This document shows positions 8,413 to 18,798 of a stretch of DNA of 64,000 nucleotides, in pieces. Every line of letters begins with the position of its first letter. Position 1 is the first letter of the stretch. The notes below the pieces were generated by a model. That model had not been told where the DNA came from and did no database searches. It saw only the letters and a list, made by a program, of their open reading frames with translations. The DNA is from Candidatus Giovannonibacteria bacterium RIFCSPLOWO2_02_FULL_45_28 (lineage in GTDB: Bacteria > Patescibacteriota > Minisyncoccia > UBA11713 > 2-01-FULL-45-33), in assembly GCA_001780725.1 (NCBI GenBank), contig MFIM01000001.1, positions 83,642 through 147,641 on the forward strand, given 5' to 3'. A program made the position numbers and the translations under genes.

Positions 8413-8808
8413 TTACCAAATCTCAAACAATATTTCACCTCCGACTTTTCCTTTTCTGGCCTCGCGGTCGGTCATAACTCCTTTTGGGGTAGAATAAACC
8501 GCGGCCTTAAATCCGTTTTTTGAGAAATAAATATCCCGCCAGCCGCGATAAGTACGGCGCGAGAGTTTGGAAACGCGCCGCACGCCGGAAATTTTCGGAT
8601 TGCCAGATTCATCATACAAAAACTTAACTTCAATGGATTGCCCGTTTTTTTTGCCTTTCAGAACTGCCGCGCCTAAGTATCCCGCTCGCCCCAAAGCCTT
8701 GGCGATTTCAAGCTTAATTCCGGAATAAGGAAAAGAAACGGCTTCCTTCTTGGACGCTTGAGCGTTCTTGATTCTTATTAACATGTCTGCAATTTGATCT
8801 GTTACCAT
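8413..8808 (-). CDS. rpsH: 30S ribosomal protein S8
   Basis: MVTDQIADMLIRIKNA, STPKGVMT, GGEI. Confidence 0.95.
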   Translation of the reverse strand: MVTDQIADMLIRIKNAQASKKEAVSFPYSGIKLEIAKALGRAGYLGAAVLKGKKNGQSIEVKFLYDESGNPKISGVRRVSKLSRRTYRGWRDIYFSKNGFKAAVYSTPKGVMTDREARKGKVGGEILFEIW

Positions 8809-8987
8809 GATGATTTTCTTATTCCAGGTATTAAGCCTTCGTTTGCCAATTCTCTGAAGCAAATGCGGCAAAGGTCAAAATCGCGCATATAGCCGCGTTT
8901 CCTGTGGCAACGAAAGCAACGCCTCACCACCCGGCTTTTGAATTTTGGCGGCTTTAGAGATCTTACGTATGTGGAAGTCTTAGCCAT
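8802..8987 (-). CDS. rpsN: 30S ribosomal protein S14 (zinc-binding type Z)
   Basis: CFRC...LCRICFRE, PGIRKSSW. Confidence 0.95.
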   Translation of the reverse strand: MAKTSTYVRSLKPPKFKSRVVRRCFRCHRKRGYMRDFDLCRICFRELANEGLIPGIRKSSW

Positions 8988-9525
8988 TTTTTTGCAGCGG
9001 AAAACCTAATAACCTTAATAGCTTCTCGGCTTCGCCGCGCTTTTTAGAATTCGTTACAACCGTAACCTCCAACCCAAAAATGTTGCGCACGTCTTCCCCT
9101 ATCATTTCAGGAAAGATGATATGCTCTTTTATGCCGATTGTCAAATTGCCTCCGTGATCAAGCGATTTTAAAGGAATCCCGCGAAAATCCCTTGTTCTGG
9201 GAATGGCGAAATTAATAAGCCTGTCAAGAAAATCATACATTTTTTGTCCGCGCAGAGTCACTTTATATCCAATGATCATCCCTTCTCGTGTCTTAAAAGA
9301 CGCAATCGCAATCCGCGCCGGCCGCGGCGAAGGTTTTTGGCCCGTAATCAAAGCGAGGTGTTTTTCAACTGTTTCTACGGCATCTTTCTTGTCGCGTATT
9401 TTTCCGGTGCCCACATTTACAACAACTTTCAAAATTCTCGGGACAGCCATCGGAGATTTTAATCCGAATTCCTTCATCATCTTCGGTACGGCTTCTTTTG
9501 TGTATTTTTCTTTAATTGATTGCAT
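8980..9525 (-). CDS. rplE: 50S ribosomal protein L5
   Basis: ITGQKP, KVTLRG, PRTRDFRG. Confidence 0.96.
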   Translation of the reverse strand: MQSIKEKYTKEAVPKMMKEFGLKSPMAVPRILKVVVNVGTGKIRDKKDAVETVEKHLALITGQKPSPRPARIAIASFKTREGMIIGYKVTLRGQKMYDFLDRLINFAIPRTRDFRGIPLKSLDHGGNLTIGIKEHIIFPEMIGEDVRNIFGLEVTVVTNSKKRGEAEKLLRLLGFPLQKNG

Positions 9526-9530
9526 ATATT

Positions 9531-9836
9531 TTAAATCTCGTTTTTACATTTTTTGCAAATTCTGACTTTTGTTTCGCCTAAAATATGATACCCGGTGCGG
9601 ACGCCGCGATTGCAGTTTTTACAGAATAGCATCGCGTTGGAGACATGGATCGGCGAAGGCAACGTTACAACTTCGCCTTTTTGTCCCTGCCGGCGCGGAC
9701 GCCGGTGTTTCTTTCTTAAAGCAACTCCTTCCACCAAAATCTTTTCTTTTTTCGGAAAAACCTTAAGAACCTTGCCCTGCTTGCCGCGGTCTTTTCCGGA
9801 AATTATTTGAACAGTGTCTCCTTTTTTTATTTTCAT
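9531..9836 (-). CDS. rplX: 50S ribosomal protein L24
   Basis: KIKKGDTV..ISGKDRGKQG, PIHVSN. Confidence 0.96.
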   Translation of the reverse strand: MKIKKGDTVQIISGKDRGKQGKVLKVFPKKEKILVEGVALRKKHRRPRRQGQKGEVVTLPSPIHVSNAMLFCKNCNRGVRTGYHILGETKVRICKKCKNEI

Positions 9837-9840
9837 AAAT

Positions 9841-10206
9841 TCAAACTAGTTCCTCTGCCAACGACGCTATTTTTACAAATCCCTTTTCTTTAATTTCTCG
9901 CGGGATCGGACCGAAAATTCGTCCGCCCTTTGGTTCTTTTCCATCCAAAATTACAACGGCGTTATCGTCAAAACGGATATAAGAGCCGTCAGCGCGCCTC
10001 AAAACGTTTTTTTGACGCACAACAAGCGCCCTATGCACCTCTTTTCTCTTTACGATTTTTCTTGGCTCGGCGATTTTTACGGCGACCGTTACAACATCTC
10101 CAATGCCTGCATATCTGCGACGCGTTCCGCCTAACACCTTAATACACTGGACCAGTTTTGCCCCAGAATTGTCTGCCACATTTAACATTGTGCGGTGCTG
10201 GATCAT
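9841..10206 (-). CDS. rplN: 50S ribosomal protein L14
   Basis: [21 protein letters not shown]. Confidence 0.97.
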   Translation of the reverse strand: MIQHRTMLNVADNSGAKLVQCIKVLGGTRRRYAGIGDVVTVAVKIAEPRKIVKRKEVHRALVVRQKNVLRRADGSYIRFDDNAVVILDGKEPKGGRIFGPIPREIKEKGFVKIASLAEELV

Positions 10207-10430
10207 AAAACTTTAATAATCTTCCATTTTTTATCTTTTGACATTGGGCGGGTTGATTGAATAATCACCGTTTTGCCTTCCGGAATATTTTCTTCGGCAT
10301 GCGCCTTAAATCTTTTTGAAACTTTGGTATATTTGCCGTAAATCGGATGTTTTTTAAGGCGCGAGACCTCCACAATCGCCGTTTTTTCCATTTTATTTGA
10401 AACCACTTTCCCTTTTAATTCTTGTGCCAT
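10203..10430 (-). CDS. rpsQ: 30S ribosomal protein S17
   Basis: [26 protein letters not shown]. Confidence 0.95.
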   Translation of the reverse strand: MAQELKGKVVSNKMEKTAIVEVSRLKKHPIYGKYTKVSKRFKAHAEENIPEGKTVIIQSTRPMSKDKKWKIIKVL

Positions 10431-10435
10431 ATTAG

Positions 10436-10633
10436 TTAAATGGTTGAATTGTTAAATTGTTTTAATAAAGTTAGAATGCGGGCAATTGTTTTTCTGGTCT
10501 CTTTGGATTCTTTAACATTTTTCGGACGCGACTGGCCGCTTTTCATTCGCAACTCCAAAATCTTTTGGCGTTCTGCTTGCAGCAACTCCATTAACTCGTT
10601 TTTGTCTTTAACTTTTAATTCGCTTGTTTTCAT
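10436..10633 (-). CDS. rpmC: 50S ribosomal protein L29
   Basis: RKTIARILT; operon position. Confidence 0.9.
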   Translation of the reverse strand: MKTSELKVKDKNELMELLQAERQKILELRMKSGQSRPKNVKESKETRKTIARILTLLKQFNNSTI

Positions 10634-10635
10634 AG

Positions 10636-11046
10636 TTATCTGAATATAAATTTGGTTCTAACCGGCAATTTCGCGCCAGCCCGCCGCAAGGCATTCTCCG
10701 CAACCTCTTTTGGCACGCCGTCCATTTCAAAAATAATCCTCCCCGGCAAAACAGGAAAAACATATCCGGCGACATCCCCCTTTCCTCCGCCCATTGTAAC
10801 TTCCGGCGGTTTTTGGGTTATCGGCTTATCGGGAAAGATGCGTATCCAAATTTTACCTCCGCGCTCTACATAATGCGTCATCGCTTTTCTTGCGGCTTCC
10901 AGTTGTTTGGAGTTCACCCAGCATGCCTCTTCTGATCTAAGTCCGTAGGAGCCGAAAGCCAAAGTAACGCCGCGGGTTTCTTTAAGCTTCCTTTTGGTGG
11001 CCATTCTTTGCCATTTTCTAAATTTTACTCTTTTTGGTAAAAGCAT
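10636..11046 (-). CDS. rplP: 50S ribosomal protein L16
   Basis: [27 protein letters not shown]. Confidence 0.97.
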   Translation of the reverse strand: MLLPKRVKFRKWQRMATKRKLKETRGVTLAFGSYGLRSEEACWVNSKQLEAARKAMTHYVERGGKIWIRIFPDKPITQKPPEVTMGGGKGDVAGYVFPVLPGRIIFEMDGVPKEVAENALRRAGAKLPVRTKFIFR

Positions 11047-11055
11047 TGGTTTAAT

Positions 11056-11721
11056 TTACTTAATCGGCTTATTGTTTTGAAGCACCTCGCCCTTATAAAT
11101 CCAGATTTTAATACCCAAATCTCCGTAAGGCAAATGCGCGCGGCCTTTAGCGAAATCTATGTCTGCGCGCAGAGTTGAGAGCGGCATCTGCCCCTCTTTT
11201 AACCATTCGTATCTGGCCATTTCCGCGCCGTCCAACCTTCCGGACAGGGCGATTTTCGCTCCCAAGACGCCGCGAGACGCCATAATTTTACTAATGGTTT
11301 GCTTCAAAACCCTCCTAAATGACAAGCGCTTCTCCAAATCCTGCGCCATAGATTCCACCATGATCATGGCGTGCTGTTCCGGAGCTTTTATTTCTTCAAT
11401 AGTCAGTTTGAGGTTGGCTTTGCCGAACATCTTTGCCTTAAAAAACTTCTCTATGTCTTTTTTTAATTTTTCGGCTCCTTCGCCGCCACGCCCTATGAGC
11501 ATGCCCGGCCTTGCGGTTTTTACTATTACATTGAGAGTTGACGGAGATCTTTCAATTTCAATAGAATCAACAAGCATGCCGCGCAGTTTTTTTTCTAAAA
11601 ATTCGCGCAGCAACACATCCTCCTTAAGCGGCCTCTTGAAATCTCGCCGCACAAACCAGCGCGACTTCCATGGCCGCAAGATTACTAACCTCATTGAATA
11701 TGGATGCGATGTGTGCGACAT
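11056..11721 (-). CDS. rpsC: 30S ribosomal protein S3
   Basis: TARPGMLIGRGG, SGRLDGAEMAR, PLSTLRADID. Confidence 0.96.
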   Translation of the reverse strand: MSHTSHPYSMRLVILRPWKSRWFVRRDFKRPLKEDVLLREFLEKKLRGMLVDSIEIERSPSTLNVIVKTARPGMLIGRGGEGAEKLKKDIEKFFKAKMFGKANLKLTIEEIKAPEQHAMIMVESMAQDLEKRLSFRRVLKQTISKIMASRGVLGAKIALSGRLDGAEMARYEWLKEGQMPLSTLRADIDFAKGRAHLPYGDLGIKIWIYKGEVLQNNKPIK

Positions 11722-11736
11722 AAAATTCAAAAATTT

Positions 11737-12075
11737 CTAATTTTTAACATTTAATATTATGGTAATATGGCTTTCGCGCTTTCTGATCGGTGAAGCAGAG
11801 CCTCTGGCGCGCGGCATGAAACGTTTTAAGGTCGGCCCATTATCAACTCTAATGTTTTTTACAAATAAATTTTCTTTCTCAACATTGAAATTGTGTTTGG
11901 CGTTTGCAACTGCCGACTTCAAAAGTTTTTGCAGCGGAATAGCGGGCTTGCGCGCAAGAAAACCCAAAACAGCTTCCGCTTCCGCAGCCGGCTTGCCCTT
12001 GATCAAGTTTGCCACCGTTCTTACTTTCCGCGGCGACATCCTCAAATATTTTAAATGCGCTTTTATCTCTATCAT
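11737..12075 (-). CDS. rplV: 50S ribosomal protein L22
   Basis: RMSPRKVR, SAVANA, PRARG. Confidence 0.96.
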   Translation of the reverse strand: MIEIKAHLKYLRMSPRKVRTVANLIKGKPAAEAEAVLGFLARKPAIPLQKLLKSAVANAKHNFNVEKENLFVKNIRVDNGPTLKRFMPRARGSASPIRKRESHITIILNVKN

Positions 12076-12079
12076 TTTG

Positions 12080-12436
12080 TTATTTTTTGGCTGGCTGGTT
12101 GGCCGGCGCAGCTGCGGCTGTCGCAGAAGCCGCCTTGGCTTTTTCGGCCTCCTTGGCCTGTAATTCCAATTCTTTCTGCATTTTTCCTCCGTGCTTTACA
12201 AATTTCCGCGTAGGGCTGAATTCTCCCAGCCTGTGGCCGACCATTTCTTCTGAAACGCTAACCGGAATAAAATCCTTGCCGTTGTGCACGCCGAAAGTAA
12301 AACCGATCATCTCCGGGGTTATCTGCGAACGCCTAGACCAAGTTTTTATAATATCTTTCCCGTCGGCACGGAATTTGCTCAATTTTTTGAGTAATTTCGG
12401 ATCCGTATACGGGCCCTTTTTTAAACTTCTCGCCAT
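12080..12436 (-). CDS. rpsS: 30S ribosomal protein S19 with Ala/Lys-rich C-terminal tail
   Basis: [26 protein letters not shown]. Confidence 0.96.
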   Translation of the reverse strand: MARSLKKGPYTDPKLLKKLSKFRADGKDIIKTWSRRSQITPEMIGFTFGVHNGKDFIPVSVSEEMVGHRLGEFSPTRKFVKHGGKMQKELELQAKEAEKAKAASATAAAAPANQPAKK

Positions 12437-12437
12437 T

Positions 12438-13274
12438 TTAGTTTTTGGTCCTCCGGCTAATAATAAATTTGGAAGAATATTTATTCGGATTTCTAGTTTT
12501 GACTCCGCGCGTCCCCTTCCCCCACTTATTTTTAGGACGGCGCGTGCCGCGGAGAGTTCTACCCTCTCCGCCTCCGTAAGGGTGATCTACCGGATTCATG
12601 GCCGAACCGCGCACCGTCGGGCGAATGCCCATAAGCCGCGACCTGCCCGCTTTCCCTATTACAACCAAGTTATTTTCTTCGTTTGAAACCTGGCCCACGG
12701 AGGCCCAAGCATCATCTTTTATTTTTCTAACTTCGCCGGACGGAAGTTTAATCGTTGCATAACCCTCATCTTTTGCTACAATCTCCGCAAAAGATCCAGC
12801 CGATCGCACCAATAGCGCATCGCCTTCCGAAGAAAGTGAGATGTTATAAATAAGCGTGCCGGGAAGCAGTTTGCTTAACGGCAAGCGATTGCCGGGAAGA
12901 ATCGGCGCTTTTTCGGAAACCAGAATCTCGCGGCCAGGGCGAACATCTTTAGGCAAAACCATATATCGTTTCTCGCCGTCTTTATAAATTACGAGCCCGA
13001 TAAACGCGGTGCGGTTTGGATCATACTCAACCGATGCCACGCGCGCAGGAATATCTTTTTTGTTAAATTTGAAATCTACCAGGCGCATGAGCCGCTTAGC
13101 CCCGCCTCCCTTGTGGCGAGTTGTAATTCTTCCGAGATTGTTTCTGCCGACATCGCGTTTCACTCCGAAAATCAAAGATTTTTCCGGATGCGGGCGTACG
13201 TGAGTCAAAAATTCCCGGTAGTTAATACCTGTCATTTGTCTCCTTCCCGGACTTCTTGGCGCAAAAGTTTTCAT
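12438..13274 (-). CDS. rplB: 50S ribosomal protein L2
   Basis: [28 protein letters not shown]. Confidence 0.97.
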   Translation of the reverse strand: MKTFAPRSPGRRQMTGINYREFLTHVRPHPEKSLIFGVKRDVGRNNLGRITTRHKGGGAKRLMRLVDFKFNKKDIPARVASVEYDPNRTAFIGLVIYKDGEKRYMVLPKDVRPGREILVSEKAPILPGNRLPLSKLLPGTLIYNISLSSEGDALLVRSAGSFAEIVAKDEGYATIKLPSGEVRKIKDDAWASVGQVSNEENNLVVIGKAGRSRLMGIRPTVRGSAMNPVDHPYGGGEGRTLRGTRRPKNKWGKGTRGVKTRNPNKYSSKFIISRRTKN

Positions 13275-13278
13275 AAAT

Positions 13279-13758
13279 TTAAAATTCCGAAATTGTTTGG
13301 CCTTCTTTTAATTTAATGACGGCTTTTTTAAATCCCGACTTAATCCCCAAATTCGCGCCGCGGCGCCGCTGTTTCTCTCTCGGAGCCACAATGTTCACGG
13401 CCTCAACACCGACTCCGTAGCGGTCTTCTATGGCTTTTTTTAGCGAATTTTTATTCGCGCCGCCGGTGACTTTAAAAACATATCTGCCTTCGCCCAACAT
13501 CGTCGCTTTTTCTGAAATGTGCGGAGCAATAAGCAATCTGCGCGCAAGCTCGCTTTGGGATTTTGTACCGCCTCGCGCGCCAACAGATTTGTTTTGTTCG
13601 GAAGCAGAAAAACCCACCCCCTCGCCCCCTCCCTTGGTAAGGGAGGGGGAAGATGGAGGGATACCCCTGCCCCTTTCGCGACCAGAACCAAGAGCTTTAC
13701 GCGTTCTGCTTTCTTTCCTCCTCCATCCTCCGAAAATTTGCGATAAATTAAACGGCAT
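13279..13758 (-). CDS. rplW: 50S ribosomal protein L23 with long N-terminal extension
   Basis: PHISEKA...FKKAVIKL core; between rplD and rplB. Confidence 0.9.
   Translation of the reverse strand: MPFNLSQIFGGWRRKESRTRKALGSGRERGRGIPPSSPSLTKGGGEGVGFSASEQNKSVGARGGTKSQSELARRLLIAPHISEKATMLGEGRYVFKVTGGANKNSLKKAIEDRYGVGVEAVNIVAPREKQRRRGANLGIKSGFKKAVIKLKEGQTISEF
13625..13649. repeat. REP-like hairpin inside rplW extension
   Basis: ccccctccctt-ggt-aagggaggggg, 11-bp perfect stem. Confidence 0.75.
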
Positions 13759-14422
13759 AAGTTTTTTCTAATTCTTTAATGCTTGACTGGTCCAAAACCA
13801 AATATTTATTATTCAAAAGCTCCGCAATATTTAAATTTCTCGGTTCAATGTAATTTACAAAAGGCAAGTTATGAAGTGGTCTTTCTATCCCAGCTTTTTT
13901 TGGCCCGCCTGCCGGACGGGCAGGCAAAGCCGCCAAAACTCTGCCGCCTTTAATCCCGATGTTATAAATTTTTGCGCTGTGGCGCAAATTTTTAAAAACG
14001 CCGAAAGCCTCTTTTGTTTTTGAGCTAGAAAGCCGAAAATCATCCAAAACAACAACTTCCTTATCTTTTAATTTTCTGGAAAGCAGGGAAAGAAGCGCGC
14101 CTCGCCGCATTTTTTTATTTATTTTAACCTGATAATTTCTTTCGTTTCTAGGCCCGTGAGAAACTCCTCCGCCGACCCAGAGCGGCGAGCGTATTGAACC
14201 GTGCCGTGCCCTTCCGGTGCCTTTTTGCCGCCAGGGTTTTATTCCTCCGCCGCGCACTTCGCCTCTGGTCTTGGTGTGCGCCCATGGGCGGCGCTTGTTT
14301 GCCATTTCGCCTTCATATACTTGTTTTACCAATGCCGGTTTCCACGCAACTCCGAAAATCCGCTCCGGCAGTTCCGCAGTTCCGGCTTTTTCTCCTTTTA
14401 TGTTGTATATTTCTGCTTTCAT
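13748..14422 (-). CDS. rplD: 50S ribosomal protein L4
   Basis: TKTRGEVRGGG.KPWRQKGTGRARHGS. Confidence 0.96.
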   Translation of the reverse strand: MKAEIYNIKGEKAGTAELPERIFGVAWKPALVKQVYEGEMANKRRPWAHTKTRGEVRGGGIKPWRQKGTGRARHGSIRSPLWVGGGVSHGPRNERNYQVKINKKMRRGALLSLLSRKLKDKEVVVLDDFRLSSSKTKEAFGVFKNLRHSAKIYNIGIKGGRVLAALPARPAGGPKKAGIERPLHNLPFVNYIEPRNLNIAELLNNKYLVLDQSSIKELEKTYAV

Positions 14423-14580
14423 AAAAATAAAAATGGGCGGGTAAAGTCCCGCCTCGCGAAATACACGAGCAAATCAGGCCATTAACCCTCTTTTTTGCCA
14501 AACCTATGCGTTATATTTAAGCCTCTCACAAGTGATTTAGATATTAGCATGGCCCAAAAACAGGCGCAAGACCTGTTTTT

Positions 14581-14637
14581 TTATCCTCTCACTTCCACCA
14601 AACTACCGCGGTGGCCGGGGATGGCGCCGGAGACGGC
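14581..14637 (-). repeat. Duplicate of rplC 3' end (partner 20095-20151)
   Basis: 57 bp with 3 mismatches, includes the stop codon. Confidence 0.93.
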
Positions 14638-14788
14638 ACCTTATATAGTCTTTTCTTGAGATAACTCAAATTTTTTGCAATTACAATTTTCATTTTAACA
14701 AAAATATGCGGGTGCGCGGAAAAGGGTAAGGTACTCTCTGTGAATAAAATACTTGTTGCTCTTTTTCTTTTTATTTGCTATCATTTGA

Positions 14789-15109
14789 ATGTATATGCAA
14801 ACGAAAGACATTCAAAAAATTAGAAAAGAATTGAATGATAGGAAAGCGATTCTCCGCTGCGCCAAGGAATTTAATATGGTGGGCGACCCGACGCGGCTCA
14901 AGATTTGCTATCTCTTGTGTCGGCATAAAGAGCTCGCGGTGGGCGAGATTTCAGAAATTATCGGCGTTTCTATTTCGGCTATTTCTCATACGCTCAAAAA
15001 GTTGCAAAAGGCTGGCATGGTTGAAAACCGCCGAGAATTCCGAACGGTCTATTACAAACTTAAACAAACGCCCCTTGCCGATATGCTCAAGGAGCGGCTT
15101 ACAACATAA
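14789..15109 (+). CDS. ArsR/SmtB-family transcriptional regulator
   Basis: GDPTRLKI...SAISHTLKKL...VYY winged helix-turn-helix. Confidence 0.88.
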   Translation: MYMQTKDIQKIRKELNDRKAILRCAKEFNMVGDPTRLKICYLLCRHKELAVGEISEIIGVSISAISHTLKKLQKAGMVENRREFRTVYYKLKQTPLADMLKERLTT

Positions 15110-15113
15110 CTTT

Positions 15114-16517
15114 ATGCAAAAATTTGACCTTATCATCATTGGTGGCGGTGCAGGGGCGTTTGCAGCGGCAATCCGCGCTAACGAGCTTAAAGCAAAAACT
15201 GCGCTCGTGAACGCTGGGCTTCCGCTCGGCGGCACTTGTGTCAATGTCGGGTGCGTCCCGTCAAAAACACTTCTCTATGCCGGTGAAATTTTGCACCACT
15301 CAAAACATCACGGCGTTGCCGGTGTTGAGCTTGAAGTGAAAAATTTTGATTTTCAGAAAGTCGTGCAAGACGAACTTTCTCTAGTGGAAAAATTACGCCA
15401 AGAAAAATACGAGAAAGTGCTAAAAAATTTAGAGTATGTAACGGCAATCGAGGGAAAAGCAAAATTTATTTCTCAAAATGAGGTGGAGGTGAACGGCGAA
15501 AAATTGAGTGCGGAAAAATTTATCATTGCCGCAGGCTCAACCGCCAGTGTACCGCCGATTGAGGGAATACGGGAAGCTGGTTTCATCACCCATATCGAAG
15601 CTCTTAAAATGCCAAAACAACCGAAAGAGTTGGTTGTCATCGGTGCGGGGCCTCTTGGTTTGGAATTTGCTCAAATGTTTGCGCGTTTTGGCACAAAAGT
15701 AACCATTTTACAGCGCGGCGATTCAATTTTTCCGCACTCTGAAAAGGCACTCACCGACCGCCTCGCCGAGATACTTGCAAAAGAAGGAATTACTATCAAA
15801 ACAAATGTTGAGGTAAAAAGCGCGCGCAAAGAGAGCGATAAAAGAATTGTTTCGTATCAAATCGGCGAGGCGCAAGAAGAAGTTTCCGCTGATGAAATAC
15901 TTTTGGCGGCAGGCAAAACGCCAAACACACAGGGACTTGGCCTTGATATCGCTGGCATTGAAATTGACAAGCGGCAAGCTGTTGCTGTCAATCAAAATTT
16001 TCAAACATCCAATAAGAACATCTTTGCGGTGGGCGATGTTACAAACGGTCCCTTGCGGCTTGAGCCGACCGCTGGACGCGAAGGCACGCTTGCCGCGGAA
16101 AACGCGCTCAAAGACACAACACTTTCCATTGATTACAACGCTGTACCTTACACCATTTTTACCGATCCCCAGCTTGCTGGTGTCGGCTTTACCGAAGACG
16201 AGCAAATGAAGCAGGTGGGCGTTTGCGCGTGCCGCACGGTTTCGTTTGAAAATGTGCCGAAAGCAATCATCATGCGCCGCACCGAAGGACTTATCAAAAT
16301 GGCGATTCATCCGCAAACAAAACAAATTTTGGGCGTTCACATTCTCGCACCAAACGCCGGGGAACTTATCGCCGAAGCGATGATGCTGGTCAAGAACGAA
16401 AACACGATTGACGATGTGGTGAACTCCTTGCCAATGTTCCCGACGCTATCCGAGGCGATAAAAATTGCCGCATTGTCATTTACCAAAGACATTTCTAAAT
16501 TAAGCTGTTGCGTATGA
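15114..16517 (+). CDS. merA: Mercuric reductase, core without NmerA domain
   Basis: GGGAGA FAD site, GGTCVNVGCVPSK redox pair, C-terminal LSCCV vicinal cysteines. Confidence 0.88.
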   Translation: MQKFDLIIIGGGAGAFAAAIRANELKAKTALVNAGLPLGGTCVNVGCVPSKTLLYAGEILHHSKHHGVAGVELEVKNFDFQKVVQDELSLVEKLRQEKYEKVLKNLEYVTAIEGKAKFISQNEVEVNGEKLSAEKFIIAAGSTASVPPIEGIREAGFITHIEALKMPKQPKELVVIGAGPLGLEFAQMFARFGTKVTILQRGDSIFPHSEKALTDRLAEILAKEGITIKTNVEVKSARKESDKRIVSYQIGEAQEEVSADEILLAAGKTPNTQGLGLDIAGIEIDKRQAVAVNQNFQTSNKNIFAVGDVTNGPLRLEPTAGREGTLAAENALKDTTLSIDYNAVPYTIFTDPQLAGVGFTEDEQMKQVGVCACRTVSFENVPKAIIMRRTEGLIKMAIHPQTKQILGVHILAPNAGELIAEAMMLVKNENTIDDVVNSLPMFPTLSEAIKIAALSFTKDISKLSCCV

Positions 16518-17023
16518 ATAAACTTCAAGAAGTATATAGTGCAGTTAAGCAAGTGCTTGGAGAACAAATGTATGGTTTTATCGTTCTTTCGTTTGCGCTT
16601 TTATTTTTTGGATTGTTTGTTTTTATTCCTGTTGCCACGACTCCCGGCAATACGCTTGCGTTTCAACTATCAATTTTCCGCGTGCAAGATTACTTCTTGA
16701 TGGTATTTCTCGCTTTTTTGGTGGGGCTTAATTTTTCAATGAATATCTATGTTTGGAGAAAACGAAGACAATCGGTCAATATTTCTAAATCTGCGGCAAG
16801 CGGCACAGCGGCAGGATTCGGAGGAGCTTTTGCCGCAATTGTGGGAACCGCTACTTGCGCGTCGTGTCTTGCTTCTCTATTCGGTATTATGGGTTTGGGA
16901 ATCGGAAGTGTTGCGTTTGTTTTGAAGTATCAAACCCTCTTTCTTCTTGGCGCAATAGCCCTTGTGGTTATTTCCCTTTACTTTACCGCTAGAAAAATAA
17001 ACAGAGTATGCAATTCATGTTAA
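16514..17023 (+). CDS. 4-TM membrane protein with intramembrane CxxC (possible Hg transporter)
   Basis: TATCASCL, C-terminal CNSC; coupled to merA. Confidence 0.55.
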   Translation: MNKLQEVYSAVKQVLGEQMYGFIVLSFALLFFGLFVFIPVATTPGNTLAFQLSIFRVQDYFLMVFLAFLVGLNFSMNIYVWRKRRQSVNISKSAASGTAAGFGGAFAAIVGTATCASCLASLFGIMGLGIGSVAFVLKYQTLFLLGAIALVVISLYFTARKINRVCNSC

Positions 17024-17038
17024 AATGACATTAAATCT

Positions 17039-17632
17039 ATGGATAGAAATTTATTTCTTATCGCCGCTTTAATCATTGTAGCTGGAGGTGTCTATTTTTA
17101 TATCACCAACCAACTCGGCAAATCCCTGACAAACAATACTGCCTATAACGAAACTGGTACGGTTCAAACGGCATTAGCCGCTAAATTTGATTATTTATCT
17201 CAAAACGGAAACTCTTCTTGTTCCGCTTCGTTTAAGGAATCAATTCCGTCGTTACCCGCTGGAACGCGGCTTCAAGGTTCTTGTTGTTCGCCAATGGACT
17301 TTCATCGGTATACTGAACAGGTTGAAGGATTAAAAAAGTATTCGGACATTCCAGAAATTCCACCAGACCCGTATGATATTGAGGCAGGATTGGCTAAAAA
17401 ATTGTTGGGCTACTATGATGTGGAACTCACGCCCGAAAAACAGAAAGCATACGACTACGCTATGCTTAACTCAAACGAGAAAGGACCTTGCTGCTGCAAA
17501 TGCTGGCGTTGGTATGTCTACGGCGGATTAGGTAAATACCTTATTAAAAATCATGGCTTCACCGGCGAGCAAGTAACTGAGGTATGGAATCTCTCTGATG
17601 GTTGTGGCGGCGACAACGAGCATACTCATTAA
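17039..17632 (+). CDS. Membrane-anchored Cys-rich protein
   Basis: N-terminal TM; SCCSP and GPCCCKCWRW motifs. Confidence 0.7.
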   Translation: MDRNLFLIAALIIVAGGVYFYITNQLGKSLTNNTAYNETGTVQTALAAKFDYLSQNGNSSCSASFKESIPSLPAGTRLQGSCCSPMDFHRYTEQVEGLKKYSDIPEIPPDPYDIEAGLAKKLLGYYDVELTPEKQKAYDYAMLNSNEKGPCCCKCWRWYVYGGLGKYLIKNHGFTGEQVTEVWNLSDGCGGDNEHTH

Positions 17633-17647
17633 AACTTAAGTAGAGTT

Positions 17648-18622
17648 ATGACATCTAAAATTCGTAACAGCTTAATCATTTTTTCTTTCCTTCTCCTCTC
17701 GATCACCATCATCGGCATTTTTTGGCTTGTTACCACGCCCGGAGCGCAAGCTGGCCTCATTTTCGCCTACGCAGCCGGACTTTCCATGATTTTTCTTCCT
17801 TGCACCCTGCCTTTAGTATTCGTCATTGTGCCTCTGGCAATGAAGCAATCACCGCTCAAAGGGCTTACGATGGCATTACTTTTCGGATTGGGACTTGCCA
17901 TTACGCTTAGTATCTACGGCGCGGCTGTCGCTTGGGTAGGCGGATATATTGGCATGAACGCCATTATTCGCTGGATGTTTGGAATTGCCGGAGCAATGGC
18001 ATTTGTTTTTGGACTCTCCGAATTAAAACTTCTTGCCTTGCGCCTGCCTTTTATGGCAAAAGTGCTGCCGACTTCGCTTCAAAAAGGCGGCAATTACTCA
18101 AAATCGTTTTTCATGGGCCTTTTCTTGGGCAATGCCGGCGTGGGCTGTCCCAATCCCGCTTTCTATGTACTACTTACATATATTGCAACCGTAGGAACAG
18201 TAAGCGACGGTGTTCTTTTGGGAGTGGTGCATGGCTTGGGAAGAGCCACGCCACTTATCTTTCTTGTCATCCTTGCCATTCTTGGCATCAACACCATGAA
18301 TTGGGTCAGCCGCTCGCAGGTAAAAGTTGAACGGTTTATGGCGTGGGGGTTGGTCGGCATAGGCGCATATCTTTTTCAATATCTGCCGTTTAAGATGGCA
18401 TTTTGGGAGGGCTCAATCTTTCATGTTATCTGGAACAACATCGTGAGCAAAACCTTGCCGAGCATAGCCGAAAGCGAGAGAATTGAAGAACTGCTGAACA
18501 TTCAAGGAGGCACCGCCACCATTTTGCCGTGGGTGTTTATTGGGCTTATGGTCGGAGCGGTGATTATTTGGGACGCGTTTGTTCAACGTAAAAAGTTATC
18601 ACAAAATCAAGTTATACAATGA
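17648..18622 (+). CDS. CcdA/DsbD transmembrane-domain protein
   Basis: FLPCTLP and GCPNP paired intramembrane cysteines. Confidence 0.75.
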   Translation: MTSKIRNSLIIFSFLLLSITIIGIFWLVTTPGAQAGLIFAYAAGLSMIFLPCTLPLVFVIVPLAMKQSPLKGLTMALLFGLGLAITLSIYGAAVAWVGGYIGMNAIIRWMFGIAGAMAFVFGLSELKLLALRLPFMAKVLPTSLQKGGNYSKSFFMGLFLGNAGVGCPNPAFYVLLTYIATVGTVSDGVLLGVVHGLGRATPLIFLVILAILGINTMNWVSRSQVKVERFMAWGLVGIGAYLFQYLPFKMAFWEGSIFHVIWNNIVSKTLPSIAESERIEELLNIQGGTATILPWVFIGLMVGAVIIWDAFVQRKKLSQNQVIQ

Positions 18623-18798
18623 ACACAATGTTTTCAATAATCCAAGTCGCTTACGCCCACGAAGAAGGGGCGAGTACCGCAACAGCCGACAACACCCTCG
18701 GTCCCATTTTAGCGTTGGTTATTATTATCTTGGCCATAGTCGTAGCCAAGCGCATTAAAAAGATTAATAAAGAAAATCATTATGAACAAAGAAATTAA
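18619..18798 (+). CDS. Small single-TM protein, 59 aa
   Basis: Manual translation (..AYAHEEG..); overlaps both neighbours. Confidence 0.5.
   Translation: MNTMFSIIQVAYAHEEGASTATADNTLGPILALVIIILAIVVAKRIKKINKENHYEQRN

Noticed and set aside
11159-12686. Long plus-strand ORFs opposite ribosomal protein genes (also opposite tuf, fusA, uvrB, merA)
   Set aside because: Antisense shadows of conserved genes with no independent motifs.
14835-15113. 93-aa N-terminal extension of merA in the ORF track
   Set aside because: Overlaps arsR in another frame and lacks a GMxCxxC NmerA motif; ATG 15114 follows the arsR stop directly.
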